Below, in pieces: positions 36,193-46,708 of a DNA stretch of 60,919 bases (its first letter is position 1; every line of letters begins with the position of its first letter). Where the stretch lies: positions 1 through 60,919 of the forward strand of contig JANNXQ010000286.1 in the NCBI GenBank assembly GCA_031409655.1, in the 5' to 3' direction. The translations under genes were made by a program, and so were the position numbers. Source of the stretch: Chthoniobacteraceae bacterium (GTDB lineage: Bacteria > Verrucomicrobiota > Verrucomicrobiia > Chthoniobacterales > Chthoniobacteraceae). The notes under the pieces are model-generated. The model was given only the letters and a program-made list of their open reading frames with translations. It searched no databases and was not told where the DNA came from.

Positions 36193-36895
36193 GATCCGCG
36201 ACCTCCACGTAAACTACGGCGCCATCGCCGCGCTGCATGGCATCTCGCTCAGAGTGCCCGCCGGGAAGATCGTCACGCTGATCGGCGCAAACGGAGCCGG
36301 GAAGTCCACCACCCTGCGCGCCATCTCCGGCATCGTCCGCGCGCGCTCAGGGATCATCAATTTCAACGGTGAAAACATCGCCGCGCTCCCGCCGCATCTC
36401 GTCGTCGCGCGCGGCCTCGCGCAATCGCCCGAAGGTCGCATGGTCTTCGCAAACTTATCCGTGCTGGAGAACCTCCAGATGGGTGCCTACCTCCGCAACG
36501 ACAAAGCCGGCATCGCCAAAGACTTCACCTACGTCTTTAGCATCTTCCCGCGCCTCAAGGAGCGCGAACGCCAGACCGCCGGCACTCTCAGCGGCGGCGA
36601 ACAACAGATGCTCGCCATCGGTCGCGCGCTCATGAGCAAGCCCAAGTGCCTGATGCTCGACGAACCGTCGCTCGGGATCGCCCCGATCCTCGTGCAAACC
36701 ATCTTCGAGAAGATCGTCGAAGTGAACCTTGAACTTGGCCTGACCATCCTGCTCGTCGAGCAAAACGCGAACCTGGCCCTGGAGATCGCCCACCACGGCT
36801 ACGTTCTCGAAACCGGCCGCATCATCCTCGAAGACACGGCCGAAGCGCTAAGGGCGAACGATGAAGTGAAAGCCGCCTATCTGGGCGGGGAGTAA
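36185..36895 (+). CDS. livF: Branched-chain amino acid ABC ATPase
   Basis: GANGAGKST, LSGGEQQMLAIGRALM, LDEPSLG. Confidence 0.93.
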   Translation: MLEIRDLHVNYGAIAALHGISLRVPAGKIVTLIGANGAGKSTTLRAISGIVRARSGIINFNGENIAALPPHLVVARGLAQSPEGRMVFANLSVLENLQMGAYLRNDKAGIAKDFTYVFSIFPRLKERERQTAGTLSGGEQQMLAIGRALMSKPKCLMLDEPSLGIAPILVQTIFEKIVEVNLELGLTILLVEQNANLALEIAHHGYVLETGRIILEDTAEALRANDEVKAAYLGGE

Positions 36896-37013
36896 AGAAT
36901 TCGCGGCGCAAACTATCGTTTGCGGACGCTACCCGGCACAATGCGTGTTCGGTGACAGGCAACCGCGAACGCCCTCCTGATCACCGCGTTTTCGGCAAGC
37001 GGGCGCAGGGGCG

Positions 37014-38234
37014 TCAGAATGTGTGGATGAACAACCCGGACCTTAGTTTCGGTTCAAACCAGGTGCTCTTCGGGGGCATAATTTTTCCCGCGTCGGCGAT
37101 GTCCATGAGCTGTTTCACCGTTGTCGGGAACATTGAAAAGGCAACAGCCGCCTGTCCTGAATCCACGAGTCGGACAAGTTCCTCAGTGCCGCGGATCCCG
37201 CCGACGAACTCAATGCGCTTACTCGTTCGGGGATCGTCGATGCCGAGATAGGGAGCGAGAATTTTATCCTGAAGTCTGCTGACATCGAGCTTCGCAACTG
37301 GGTCCGTGTCAACCGCTGGCTGCCAGGCCAATTCGTACCATTTGCCGCCTAGATACATCAGGACATCGCCAGGCCCCATTGCAGCACCCGATTCCCGCTC
37401 GGTGACCGCGAAGGACTTTCTGGCGGCGCTGATGAGGGCCTCGCCGTCGAGGCCGTTAAGATCTTTTACGGCGCGGTTGTAGGGGAGAATCTTGAGCTGG
37501 CTTGCGGGAAAGAGCACGGCGAGAAACCAATTGTAGTCTTCGTCTCCGGTATGATTCGGGTTGGCGGTACGGCGCTCGCGTCCGACGCGGACGGCACTGG
37601 CCGTCCGATGATGGCCGTCGGCGACATAGGCAAACGGCACTTGGGAAAACTCCCGCACGAAGGCTTCGGAGTTGGAGAGTTTCCAAAGGGTGTGCTCGAT
37701 CCCGTCGGGTGCCTTGAAGTCATAGAGTGGCTCAGACCACTCGGCTTTCTTGGCCATCGCGTTGATCTCCGGACGGTCGCGATAAGTGAGAAAGACGGGC
37801 CCGGTGTCCGCGCTGATCGTGCCAATGAGACGGGTGCGATCATCCTCCTTATCCGGTCGTGTCTTCTCGTGCTTTTTGATCAGGTCGCGCTCGTAGTCTT
37901 CAATATGACAAACGGCGACTACCCCGGTCTGCACATGGTCGCCCATCCGCTGCTGATAGAGGTAAAGGGTCGGCGCAGCTTCTCGCATGAGCGCGCCGTT
38001 CCGCTGCATCGCCAGAAAGTTTTCGTGAGCCTTGGCATAGACGGCGTCTGAATACGGGTCCGTGTCGGGAGGAAAGTCGATCTCCGCGCGATCAACGTGG
38101 AGCAGGCTATTGGGCTTGCCGGTCGCGAGCGCCGAGGCTTCGCTGGTGTTCACGACATCATAAGGAACGCAGGCCACCTCTTCGACGACTTCGGGGGCGG
38201 GGCGGAGACCTTGAAAAGCTTTGATTCGGAGCAT
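37014..38234 (-). CDS. DUF1015 family protein
   Basis: PYDVV, IKKHEKT, YVADGHHR, MPPKSTWFEPKLRSGL. Confidence 0.9.
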   Translation of the reverse strand: MLRIKAFQGLRPAPEVVEEVACVPYDVVNTSEASALATGKPNSLLHVDRAEIDFPPDTDPYSDAVYAKAHENFLAMQRNGALMREAAPTLYLYQQRMGDHVQTGVVAVCHIEDYERDLIKKHEKTRPDKEDDRTRLIGTISADTGPVFLTYRDRPEINAMAKKAEWSEPLYDFKAPDGIEHTLWKLSNSEAFVREFSQVPFAYVADGHHRTASAVRVGRERRTANPNHTGDEDYNWFLAVLFPASQLKILPYNRAVKDLNGLDGEALISAARKSFAVTERESGAAMGPGDVLMYLGGKWYELAWQPAVDTDPVAKLDVSRLQDKILAPYLGIDDPRTSKRIEFVGGIRGTEELVRLVDSGQAAVAFSMFPTTVKQLMDIADAGKIMPPKSTWFEPKLRSGLFIHTF

Positions 38235-38424
38235 AGGGCGGAGAGGAAAGGGGATTTGCCCCGACGCGACAAGTGCGATCATCCACAACGACACCCTGGG
38301 GCGCGAAAGGCTCAAGCGCTGGGGAGTGTAAAATCACCCGGATGCGTTCAGTTTCGCCAACAACCGTTCGCGAGAGAAAGGAATCTTCTTGTGGAGCGCC
38401 TCCGTGGGGCAAATCCGAATCGGC

Positions 38425-41400
38425 TTAGTTCACGTAGGCCGCTTCGTTCGAAAGCAGGAGTGCTTGGGCATAGGTTTCCCACGAATCGAGAGGCTTTCGA
38501 TCAATCACTTCACCCTCGTTGCGGATTGATCGGAACATACTGTCCCGCATGTTATCTTTCTGGGTGGCGAGCTTGGACTCTATTTCGGCAGTCTTCTTTT
38601 CCGCCGCAGCCAAGGCGGCTTTCTTCGCCTTGTCGTCAACGAACTGATCCAGGTTTTTCTCCTTGTTCAGGAATTCATAAATGAGCGGGACTTCACTTGG
38701 CCGGGGATCACGCTGAAAGATAATGTGGTGAATGGCGAGCACGCGGGCTGTTCCGTTTGGCGCGTTAGCCACTTCAGGGCGGGCAATGATTCGGCGGGCT
38801 GCATCCACCGCCATTGAGCTATTCATCAGGAAAAGTGCCTGCTGAGGAACGACGGTTGTTGAACGGCGTGAGTTGGGCATCGAAGGGTCGCTAAAGTCAA
38901 AGGCGGACAGCAATTCCGGCATATTCCCGCGGTCGATATAGCCATACACCGACCGACGATGGCTGTAGGGCTCATCGGTGAGATTCACCGGTTTCCCGCC
39001 TACCGTGCGGTCGAGAGTCCCACCGTACACCAGGAGGGAGTCGCGCATGGACTCGAAGTCGAGTCGGCGGAAATTTGCGCGCCAGAGCAAGCGGTTGTAC
39101 GGATCGATGTCTTGCGACTTGTCGTTCCGGAAACTGGAGATCTGATAGACTTTTGAGTTCATGATCAACCGGTGCAGTTTCTTGATCGACCAACCCTGAT
39201 CCATGAGATAGCGGCTCAAGTAATCAAGCAACTCGGGATGAGACGGGGCCTCGCTTTGCGTTCCGAGATCGTCCAGAGTGCGGACGAATGCTTCACCAAA
39301 ATGATGCATCCACACGCGATTTACGATCACGCGGGCAGTCAGGGGATTGTCTTTGCTGGCGATGGCCTTAGCCAGTTCAAAGCGTCCGCTTCCATCGGTG
39401 AACTCCGCGGACTTTCCACCAGGTGAAAGGATATCAAGGAAGCGGCGTGGAACGATGTCCCCTCTGGTGGTGGATTGTCCGCGAACAAATACGGGCGAAT
39501 TCTGCGGGCTGCTTTTGTCCTTCACGATCATCGCCTTCGCGGGGGCACCCGGATGCGTGATGTAAAGTTCATTGATCGCTCCGAAGGTCAGTCTTGGCCT
39601 GTTCCGAATTTGCAGCGGCCAGCTTTCGATCATATCCCGAACTCCTTCGGTATCGAGTTTGTTTGCCGGTGCCGCGGCAAAGGGCGCGGTATAAAGATTG
39701 GCAGTGGCGAAGTCGAATTCCTCGGACGCGCTTTTGGGGATGGCAGCAGTGCGGAAGAAAGCCTTGGCCGGAGCGTCAAGACTGCTGAAGACTTTGTCAT
39801 AGATGGCGACGACATCCTGCATCGTTTGCACCTTCGTTCCTTTGAATGCAGCCGCGATCGTTGGGTGGACGCTGCTGGCGCTGCTGCTGGCGATTTCGTG
39901 ACAGAGTTTCGCGCCGACAACGGCAAAATCAGCAGGAGCAAGTTTCACGAACTTTGCGAAAGCGGAGAACATCGGATTGTCCATGCGCCCACCCCTGTTT
40001 CCCAAATGGAGGACAATATTCGGCTCAAGTTTTTCCGCAGACTGAATAGCCTCGAGTTTCTGCAAGCCTGCTTGGGTGCGATCCTGCCGAAGGTTGCCCG
40101 CCAATAGATAGGAACCGGCTTTCTCGCGGAACATCGCCGAATACTCACCGAGGACGCGATAGAACTCGTCCCGATTCGTTTGCTCGTAAGCGCTAATCTT
40201 TTGACTGAACTCTTCGACTTGTTTCGGGCTTGGCGAGTTCACCAGCGGTTTCTCGTCGGGTTCCTCAATGCTCGAGAAGACACCGTGCAAGGCGTAGTAG
40301 TCTTTCGTAGGAATCGGGTCGAACATGTGATCGTGGCACCGAGCGCAGGCCACGGTCAGCCCTAGGAAACCCTTCGTGACCGTGTCGATCCGGTCATTGA
40401 TGACGTCATTCATGTCGCGGAACCGCTCGCCGACGGTGAGGAATCCCATGGCGGACAAAAGGCGTGGATCGCGCTTTGTTTCGGGCATTCTGTCAGCCGC
40501 CAATTGGGCGATGATGAACTTGTCGTAAGGCATGTCCTGATTGAACGCCTTGACCACCCAATCACGGTAAGTCCATGCAAAGGGATAGCGGTAGTCCTGG
40601 CCGCGGTTGTTTGCGTTTCGATCACCGCCAACGGTGTCTGAGTAGCGCGCGGTATCCAGCCAGAAACGGCCCCAGCGTTCGCCGTAGTGTGGGGAGGCAA
40701 GGAGCCGGTCAACGACATTTGCCCACGCATCTGGCGAGGTATCGTAGCGGAAGGCTTTGATTTCCTCCGGGGATGGAGGCAGGCCATGAAGGTCGAAATA
40801 CGCGCGCCGGAGGAGCGTGTCACGGTCGGCGGTTGGCGCAGGAGGCAGGCCTTTTTCGTTGAGCTTGGCGAGGATGAACTGGTCCACGGGTAGATTCGAC
40901 CAGGATTTGTTCTTGTCGATGACCGGGGGTGGGTTTTGCGCCTGTGGCTTGACCGGTTGGTAGGCCCAATGAAGTTTGGCCTTGTCGGTCAGGCCCGAAA
41001 GTTTCACGGACTTGTCCAACGGCTTCCTCGGGTCGGGGGCGCCCATCTTGACCCATTCCGTCAGCGCGGCGATTTCGGCATCCTTGAGTTTCTCTCCCTT
41101 AGGGGGCATCTGAAGGTCGGCGTCGTTATAAGTGATTGCGGTGATGAGCAGGCTCTTGGCGATGTCGCCGGGAACGACGGCGGCTCCAGTATCTCCGCCC
41201 TTTTTGACGCCTTCAGGCGTATCTAACGTAAGGCCGCCCTTGGCTTTTCCCTCAGAGACGGAGTGACATTTGTAACAAGCGGACGAAAGAACCGGGCGAA
41301 CTTTGGTTTCGAAGAAGGCAATCTGATCGGGCGTGAAGGAACCGGTCCCAGCCTTGGGCATGGCATCAGAAGATGGTTTTGCGGGAGCATCGATCTTTGC

Positions 41401-41481
41401 GAGGGTTTGCACCGGCTCGACAGCGAAGAGGCTGGAAGCGAGCGCAAGGGTCGCGGTGATTGGGAGAAGTGACGAACGCAT
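38425..41481 (-). CDS. Planctomycete cytochrome c / DUF1549 / DUF1553 (PSD1) protein
   Basis: CYKCH, YGERWGRFWLD, CARCHDH, NPLTARVIVNRVW, PSHPELLD, PQQALFLMN. Confidence 0.93.
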   Translation of the reverse strand: MRSSLLPITATLALASSLFAVEPVQTLAKIDAPAKPSSDAMPKAGTGSFTPDQIAFFETKVRPVLSSACYKCHSVSEGKAKGGLTLDTPEGVKKGGDTGAAVVPGDIAKSLLITAITYNDADLQMPPKGEKLKDAEIAALTEWVKMGAPDPRKPLDKSVKLSGLTDKAKLHWAYQPVKPQAQNPPPVIDKNKSWSNLPVDQFILAKLNEKGLPPAPTADRDTLLRRAYFDLHGLPPSPEEIKAFRYDTSPDAWANVVDRLLASPHYGERWGRFWLDTARYSDTVGGDRNANNRGQDYRYPFAWTYRDWVVKAFNQDMPYDKFIIAQLAADRMPETKRDPRLLSAMGFLTVGERFRDMNDVINDRIDTVTKGFLGLTVACARCHDHMFDPIPTKDYYALHGVFSSIEEPDEKPLVNSPSPKQVEEFSQKISAYEQTNRDEFYRVLGEYSAMFREKAGSYLLAGNLRQDRTQAGLQKLEAIQSAEKLEPNIVLHLGNRGGRMDNPMFSAFAKFVKLAPADFAVVGAKLCHEIASSSASSVHPTIAAAFKGTKVQTMQDVVAIYDKVFSSLDAPAKAFFRTAAIPKSASEEFDFATANLYTAPFAAAPANKLDTEGVRDMIESWPLQIRNRPRLTFGAINELYITHPGAPAKAMIVKDKSSPQNSPVFVRGQSTTRGDIVPRRFLDILSPGGKSAEFTDGSGRFELAKAIASKDNPLTARVIVNRVWMHHFGEAFVRTLDDLGTQSEAPSHPELLDYLSRYLMDQGWSIKKLHRLIMNSKVYQISSFRNDKSQDIDPYNRLLWRANFRRLDFESMRDSLLVYGGTLDRTVGGKPVNLTDEPYSHRRSVYGYIDRGNMPELLSAFDFSDPSMPNSRRSTTVVPQQALFLMNSSMAVDAARRIIARPEVANAPNGTARVLAIHHIIFQRDPRPSEVPLIYEFLNKEKNLDQFVDDKAKKAALAAAEKKTAEIESKLATQKDNMRDSMFRSIRNEGEVIDRKPLDSWETYAQALLLSNEAAYVN

Positions 41482-41624
41482 AAGCAGGAGGTTCTAGGCT
41501 ATCGATAGGAGCAAAAAATGGGCGGAACTGGCGTTTGCGCAACAGAAGCGCATTTATATCGAAAGGACGCAGACTGATGCTGCGTCCTCTCGACCAAAGA
41601 ACTGAAGGATTGGGACGCCTAAAC

Positions 41625-43067
41625 TCAGGCGATGATCTTTTTCACCACCTGACCGAAGTTGTCGGTGAGGCGGAAGTCGCGACCGTTGTAGCGATAGGTG
41701 AGCTTTGTGTGATCGAAGCCCAGCAATGCGAGGATGGTCGCATGGAGGTCGTGAATGTGGACCTTGTCTTCCATGGCGCGGGCACCGAACTCATCGGTCG
41801 CACCGTAGGCAGTTCCGCCTTTGATACCACCACCAGCGAGCCAGGTGACCATTGCGCGACCGTTGTGATCACGACCGGGAGACGCGTTGCCGTTGCGGTC
41901 TTTCGTGACCGTGCGACCGAATTCACCCCCCCAGACGATGAGCGTGCTGTCGAACAAGCCGCGTTGCTTGAGATCCTTGATGAGAGCGGCAGCAGGACCG
42001 TCCACTTCACCGGCTTTGCCAGCGAGTGCAGTTTCCAAGTTGCCATGGTGATCCCAGCCACCTGCATTCACCTGCACGAAGCGGACTCCGCGCTCCACGA
42101 GACGACGGGCGACGAGCAGCTTGGACCCGGTGTCCGTGTTCCCGTACATGGTCTTCGTCGCGTCGGACTCCTTGCTGATATCAAAGGCATCGGTGGCTTC
42201 CGTCTGCATCTTGAAAGCAATCTCGAAGGCCTCGATGCGCCCCTCGAGTTGGGCGTCCTTCTGGAGCGCCTCGGCGTGCATCTTATTCAGCTTGTGAACG
42301 AGATCGAGTTGCCGGCGTTGCTTCTCCTGCGGAGTAAATTGGTTCGAAATGTTCAGAAGCACTTCGTCCAGCTTCATGTTCCGGTTAAAGTTCACGTTGC
42401 AACCTTGGAACATGCCAGGCAGGAACGACGCCTGCCGCCATTCGGGCTTGCCGCCGATGGTGATGAAGCCAGGCATGTTCTGATTTTCAGAACCCAAACC
42501 GTAAACAACCCAGGAACCGAGGGATGGCTTTGGAAGCTGTAGAGAACCGGTGTGCATGAACCGCTGCGCGACTTCATGTGCCGGGATATCGGTCCAGAGG
42601 GAGCGAATGATCGCTAAATCATCAATGGACTCGCCGAGCTTAGGAAACACCGAACTCACCTCAATGCCCGACTGGCCGCTTTTCTTAAACTTAAACGGAG
42701 AGCCATACGCCAGCCCATCGTGGCCTGGGATGGTCTTGTCGTTGTACTCGGTCAGGACCGGTTTCGGATCCCAAGTATCGACCTGCGACGGCGCGCCTTC
42801 GGCGAAAATGTGAATGACCGATTTGGCCTTGGCCGGGAAATGCGACTTGCGCGGTGCAAACGGCGAGGCTGATTGGCCGCTGGCTGGAGCCGTCGCGGCG
42901 TCGGCGTATGGATTGATCCCGAAGAGCGACGAGAGGCTCAATGCACCGAAGCCCATGCCCGTGCGAATAAGGAATTCTCTCTTCGTAAAAATTAGGTCGT
43001 CGGAGGCCGGGGAGTGCTCCCGGAAGTACTTTTCAGTGAGGTAGTGCGGTTGTTCGGGGTGGTTCAT
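41625..43067 (-). CDS. DUF1501 protein
   Basis: Tat-like KREFL leader, GAPSQVDTWDPKP, ARRLVERGVRFVQ, GGEFGRT, GRDH. Confidence 0.93.
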   Translation of the reverse strand: MNHPEQPHYLTEKYFREHSPASDDLIFTKREFLIRTGMGFGALSLSSLFGINPYADAATAPASGQSASPFAPRKSHFPAKAKSVIHIFAEGAPSQVDTWDPKPVLTEYNDKTIPGHDGLAYGSPFKFKKSGQSGIEVSSVFPKLGESIDDLAIIRSLWTDIPAHEVAQRFMHTGSLQLPKPSLGSWVVYGLGSENQNMPGFITIGGKPEWRQASFLPGMFQGCNVNFNRNMKLDEVLLNISNQFTPQEKQRRQLDLVHKLNKMHAEALQKDAQLEGRIEAFEIAFKMQTEATDAFDISKESDATKTMYGNTDTGSKLLVARRLVERGVRFVQVNAGGWDHHGNLETALAGKAGEVDGPAAALIKDLKQRGLFDSTLIVWGGEFGRTVTKDRNGNASPGRDHNGRAMVTWLAGGGIKGGTAYGATDEFGARAMEDKVHIHDLHATILALLGFDHTKLTYRYNGRDFRLTDNFGQVVKKIIA

Positions 43068-43135
43068 AGCGCGTGAGTTTGAAAGGCGGTTAGGCTTATT
43101 TGCTCTAAAGCAGGAATCGTGGCAATTCGATTGTC

Positions 43136-43663
43136 TTAGGCACGAGGTTTACTCGTTTTCGGGAGTTTTTTCGACACGGGCTCGCCAACGACGAGCCGGA
43201 CGTAGATTGCCTCGACCGCTTCCGAGAGCATCCTGCGACCGGCGATTGCCGCCATGAAATTGTGGTCGCCCTCCCACCGCGGAACGATGTGCAGATGCAA
43301 ATGATCGGCGACCCCGGCGCCAGCGCACGTCCCGAGATTGAGGCCAATGATGAAGCCCAGAGCTTTGATCACTTTCCGCAAGAGCTTCTGGGCGTGCCCG
43401 GCCAGATCCCACAACTCCATTTTTTCCTCCGCCGTGAGCGACGCGAGCTCCGCTACTTTCCGGTTCGGCACCGCCATCATATGCCCCACGGTATACGGAT
43501 ACCGATTCATGATGAGAAAAGTGTGCGCCCTCCGCGCCACCACGAGGTGCGCTCGATCGTTTCGCGCGCGCCCGGCTTTGAGGAAAAAGTCGGGTGCCTT
43601 GCGGGTCTGAAAGTATTCCACGCGCCAGGGAGCCCAGAGGGCGGACAGTTCGTTTGGGACCAT
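43136..43663 (-). CDS. HIT-family hydrolase
   Basis: LWAPWR, NRYPY..GH, GAGVADHLHLHIVPRW. Confidence 0.88.
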   Translation of the reverse strand: MVPNELSALWAPWRVEYFQTRKAPDFFLKAGRARNDRAHLVVARRAHTFLIMNRYPYTVGHMMAVPNRKVAELASLTAEEKMELWDLAGHAQKLLRKVIKALGFIIGLNLGTCAGAGVADHLHLHIVPRWEGDHNFMAAIAGRRMLSEAVEAIYVRLVVGEPVSKKLPKTSKPRA

Positions 43664-43823
43664 GCTTCTGGAGCCTGTCGGTTCGGAGAATTTGCCACAA
43701 TCCGATTTCCGTGGGTTTCCGGGGGATCGATCACGGCACGTGCGGTCATCCGTGCGATTGTCCGACGCTCGGGCCAGACCGTCCTTCCCTTGCGGCAGCG
43801 GTCTGTGCCATAAGCCCCTCCCG

Positions 43824-44306
43824 ATGGAACTACCGCACATCGAACAAGCCACCCTCGAGGACCTGCCGCAGCTCACAGATCTGCTGTTCGAGCTCTTCAC
43901 GCAGGAGGGCGATTTTGTGCCGAATCGCGTGAAGCAAATGCGCGGCCTCCGCCTGCTCCTCGAGCAGCCGAATCGCGGGCGCATTTTCGTCCTTCGCCAC
44001 GAAGGGATGATCCTCGGGATGATCAATCTGCTCTTCACGATCAGCACGGCGGAAGGTGGCTTTGTCGTCCTGCTCGAAGACGTGATTGTGCATCGGGATT
44101 TCCGCGGGCGGGGCTTTGGCGACATGCTCCTCCGGCACGTGATTGAGTATGCAAAGAAGAAGGACTTCCAGCGGATCACGTTGCTCACGGATCGACTGAA
44201 CGAGGAAGGGCAGCGCTTCTTCAAGACGCACGGCTTTATGGAGTCGAAGATGATCCCGCTCCGGCTGCTGCTGCACTTGCCGGAGCCGCCGCCGCCTCAA
44301 GCGTGA
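43824..44306 (+). CDS. GNAT N-acetyltransferase
   Basis: LEDVIV...FRGRGFG motif A, RITLLTD. Confidence 0.85.
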   Translation: MELPHIEQATLEDLPQLTDLLFELFTQEGDFVPNRVKQMRGLRLLLEQPNRGRIFVLRHEGMILGMINLLFTISTAEGGFVVLLEDVIVHRDFRGRGFGDMLLRHVIEYAKKKDFQRITLLTDRLNEEGQRFFKTHGFMESKMIPLRLLLHLPEPPPPQA

Positions 44307-44989
44307 TGGCGGAAGGATTCGTCGATCTTGGCTTCGCGCGGGTGGATATCGACCGGCGCCGGCGGTGCGGTTTGCCGGAGGTCATCTTCGGCATGGGCAA
44401 AACTCCGTTGGAGGTGCTGGCGATCGCCCGCGAGGTGCTGAAGCACGAAGGCCCGGTGCTCGTGAGCCGCGCCACACCCGAGCATTTCGCCGCACTTGCT
44501 TTGGAGTTTCCGGAAGCATGTCACCACGAGCGCGCGCGCTGCATCACCATCGAGCGCGAGCCACTGCCGAAATTGCCCGGCGTGATCGGCGTCGTCTGCG
44601 CAGGGACTTCGGACCTCCCCGTTGCCGACGAAGCCGCAGTGTCCCTCGCGCTTTTTGGAAATCAGGTCGAGCGCTTCACGGACGTGGGCGTGGCGGGCAT
44701 CCATCGTTTGCTCGCCGTGCGCGATCGGCTCGAAGCCTGCCACGTCCTGATCGTCGTCGCGGGTATGGAAGGCGCGCTCCCGAGCGCCGTGGCGGGCCTC
44801 GTCAGCAAGCCCGTGATCGCGGTGCCGACGAGTATCGGCTACGGCGCGAGCTTCGGCGGAGTCGCCGCGCTCCTCGGGATGCTGACTTCATGCGGGAGCG
44901 GCGTGACGGTCGTGAATATCGACAACGGTTTCGGTGCGGCCTACGCCGCGGCGCAGATCAATCGGCTAGCGAACGCCCGGAGTGCTTAG
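44303..44989 (+). CDS. larB: Nickel pincer cofactor biosynthesis protein LarB
   Basis: AGTSDLPVADEA, DVGVAGIHR, AGMEGALPS, PTSIGYG, VVNIDNGFGA. Confidence 0.9.
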   Translation: MMAEGFVDLGFARVDIDRRRRCGLPEVIFGMGKTPLEVLAIAREVLKHEGPVLVSRATPEHFAALALEFPEACHHERARCITIEREPLPKLPGVIGVVCAGTSDLPVADEAAVSLALFGNQVERFTDVGVAGIHRLLAVRDRLEACHVLIVVAGMEGALPSAVAGLVSKPVIAVPTSIGYGASFGGVAALLGMLTSCGSGVTVVNIDNGFGAAYAAAQINRLANARSA

Positions 44990-46708
44990 TTCGATTACGC
45001 GGAGTTCCAGCTTCGGTTCCTTGATCCGGAGTTCTCCATTGGCAATGTAGAAGCCAAACGTCGTCCGGTTGATCGCGCCCGCGCTGAGCGTAAGGACGCG
45101 TTGCCCGCCCAGTTTCAGTTCCGTCTGCTCGCCGCTCGCGACGACTTCCACCTGCACCCACTCCTCGGCGCGGATGGGAAAGCTCCCGCGCGTTTCGGGC
45201 TTCGCTTCGCGGCCCGCGTAGAGCCACGCATTTGCCGGCGTGCCTCCGCCAAGGCTGAGCGTGGCCCCGCCGAATCCTTGTGACCCGACCCGCCCGCGCA
45301 GGATCACTTCCGCTGCCGCATTTTTACCGAGCACCTTGATGCTCGCGGTGAAACGGAAAGTCTCGGCAGCCATTTCGCTCACGAGAGTCTGCGGTCGCGC
45401 CTCACTGCTCTGGCCGACGATCTCACCCCCTTCGATCTGCCACGCGGTCGGGCTCGAGCGGCGCCACTGATTGAAATCCGTGCGCGGGAAGAGATCGTTT
45501 GAATTCACAGTCGTCGCGAGCATCAGCGTCTGCCGCTTCTGACGGAGGTAGAGAAAGAGATCGCGCACGGTCTGCTCATCCAGCGCGGCGAGCAGACCCT
45601 CGGGCATCATCGACTGCTCGCTGAGTTTCATCTCCGCGATTTTGTCGCGCTGCACCGTCACCGCATCGCCGAGCGTCTTGAGCGTCACCGTCGTCGCATC
45701 TTCGCCCGCGACGATCCCACTCACGACCTGGCCGTCCTGGAGCGTGACAAAGGTCTGCTGGTAGTCCTTCCCGATGATCGCATTCGGATCGAGGATGTTT
45801 TGCAGCAGGTAGTCGATGTCTTCAAAAGAACCCGGTAACTCCGGCCCGATCTTTCCGCCCGCGCCGTGCAGCGCGTGGCACGCCGCGCAAGTCTGGGCAA
45901 AGATCGCGCGCCCGCGATGCACATCGGCCGCGAGGATCAGATTGGGCGCCAGGAACTCTTTGAACTTCGCGATCTGCGCCTGCTTTTCCGCGCTCGTGGT
46001 CTTCACCGTGCCCCAGGTTTTCGCCAGCCACCCATTGATCTCCGGATCGTTCAAGTTCTGGAGCTGACGGGCGAGCGGCGCCGTGATCTCAGTGCGCGCC
46101 ACCGTGCCGGCATCGATCGCCTTGGCCAAGGCGCGCGCATTCGCCGGACGGCTCACCAGGCTATTGAGCGCCGCGCTTTTCTCCGCGGAGTTGAGCGTGG
46201 CCAGGTGCGCGAGGATCGCCGGCGCGATGCGCGCATCTCCATAGCCAGCGAGCGTCCGCAGAGTCTGCGCGCGCAGTTCGCCCGGCTGCTTCAGCAGGTC
46301 CAGCAGAGTGGGCAATGCGGCCGCGTCCTTCGCCGCACCGAGCGTCTCGAGCGCGGTGCGACGGGCGGCGAGGGGCGCGCTGCCATCCGCCAGCGCGCGC
46401 CGCATTTCCGCGAGCACCGCGCAACTGCCAAAGGTCCCGCCGAGGGCCTGCGCGAGATCGCGCACTTCCGCATTCGGACTCGCCTTCAGCTTCTCATAAA
46501 GCGTGCCCCAATTCTCCGGCGCCTGCAAACCACTGCGCCCTTTCAACGACGTATTCATTCCGCGCAGGATCGTCGCCTGGATCGTCGGGCTATCGATGTT
46601 TGAGAGCGTCTGCACGAGCGTCCCGAGCGGATCGGGCACGGTCGCTTGGGCCACCAGTGCGCTGGTGCTGGCGAGGAAAATGAGGACCGCAAGCGTCTGG
46701 CGTTTCAT
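44966..46708 (-). CDS. PVC-type heme-binding c-type cytochrome with HEAT-like repeats and C-terminal beta domain
   Basis: Own signal peptide; CAACH...GKIGPEL, NILDPNA, SMMPEGL. Confidence 0.85.
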   Translation of the reverse strand: MKRQTLAVLIFLASTSALVAQATVPDPLGTLVQTLSNIDSPTIQATILRGMNTSLKGRSGLQAPENWGTLYEKLKASPNAEVRDLAQALGGTFGSCAVLAEMRRALADGSAPLAARRTALETLGAAKDAAALPTLLDLLKQPGELRAQTLRTLAGYGDARIAPAILAHLATLNSAEKSAALNSLVSRPANARALAKAIDAGTVARTEITAPLARQLQNLNDPEINGWLAKTWGTVKTTSAEKQAQIAKFKEFLAPNLILAADVHRGRAIFAQTCAACHALHGAGGKIGPELPGSFEDIDYLLQNILDPNAIIGKDYQQTFVTLQDGQVVSGIVAGEDATTVTLKTLGDAVTVQRDKIAEMKLSEQSMMPEGLLAALDEQTVRDLFLYLRQKRQTLMLATTVNSNDLFPRTDFNQWRRSSPTAWQIEGGEIVGQSSEARPQTLVSEMAAETFRFTASIKVLGKNAAAEVILRGRVGSQGFGGATLSLGGGTPANAWLYAGREAKPETRGSFPIRAEEWVQVEVVASGEQTELKLGGQRVLTLSAGAINRTTFGFYIANGELRIKEPKLELRVIELSTPGVR

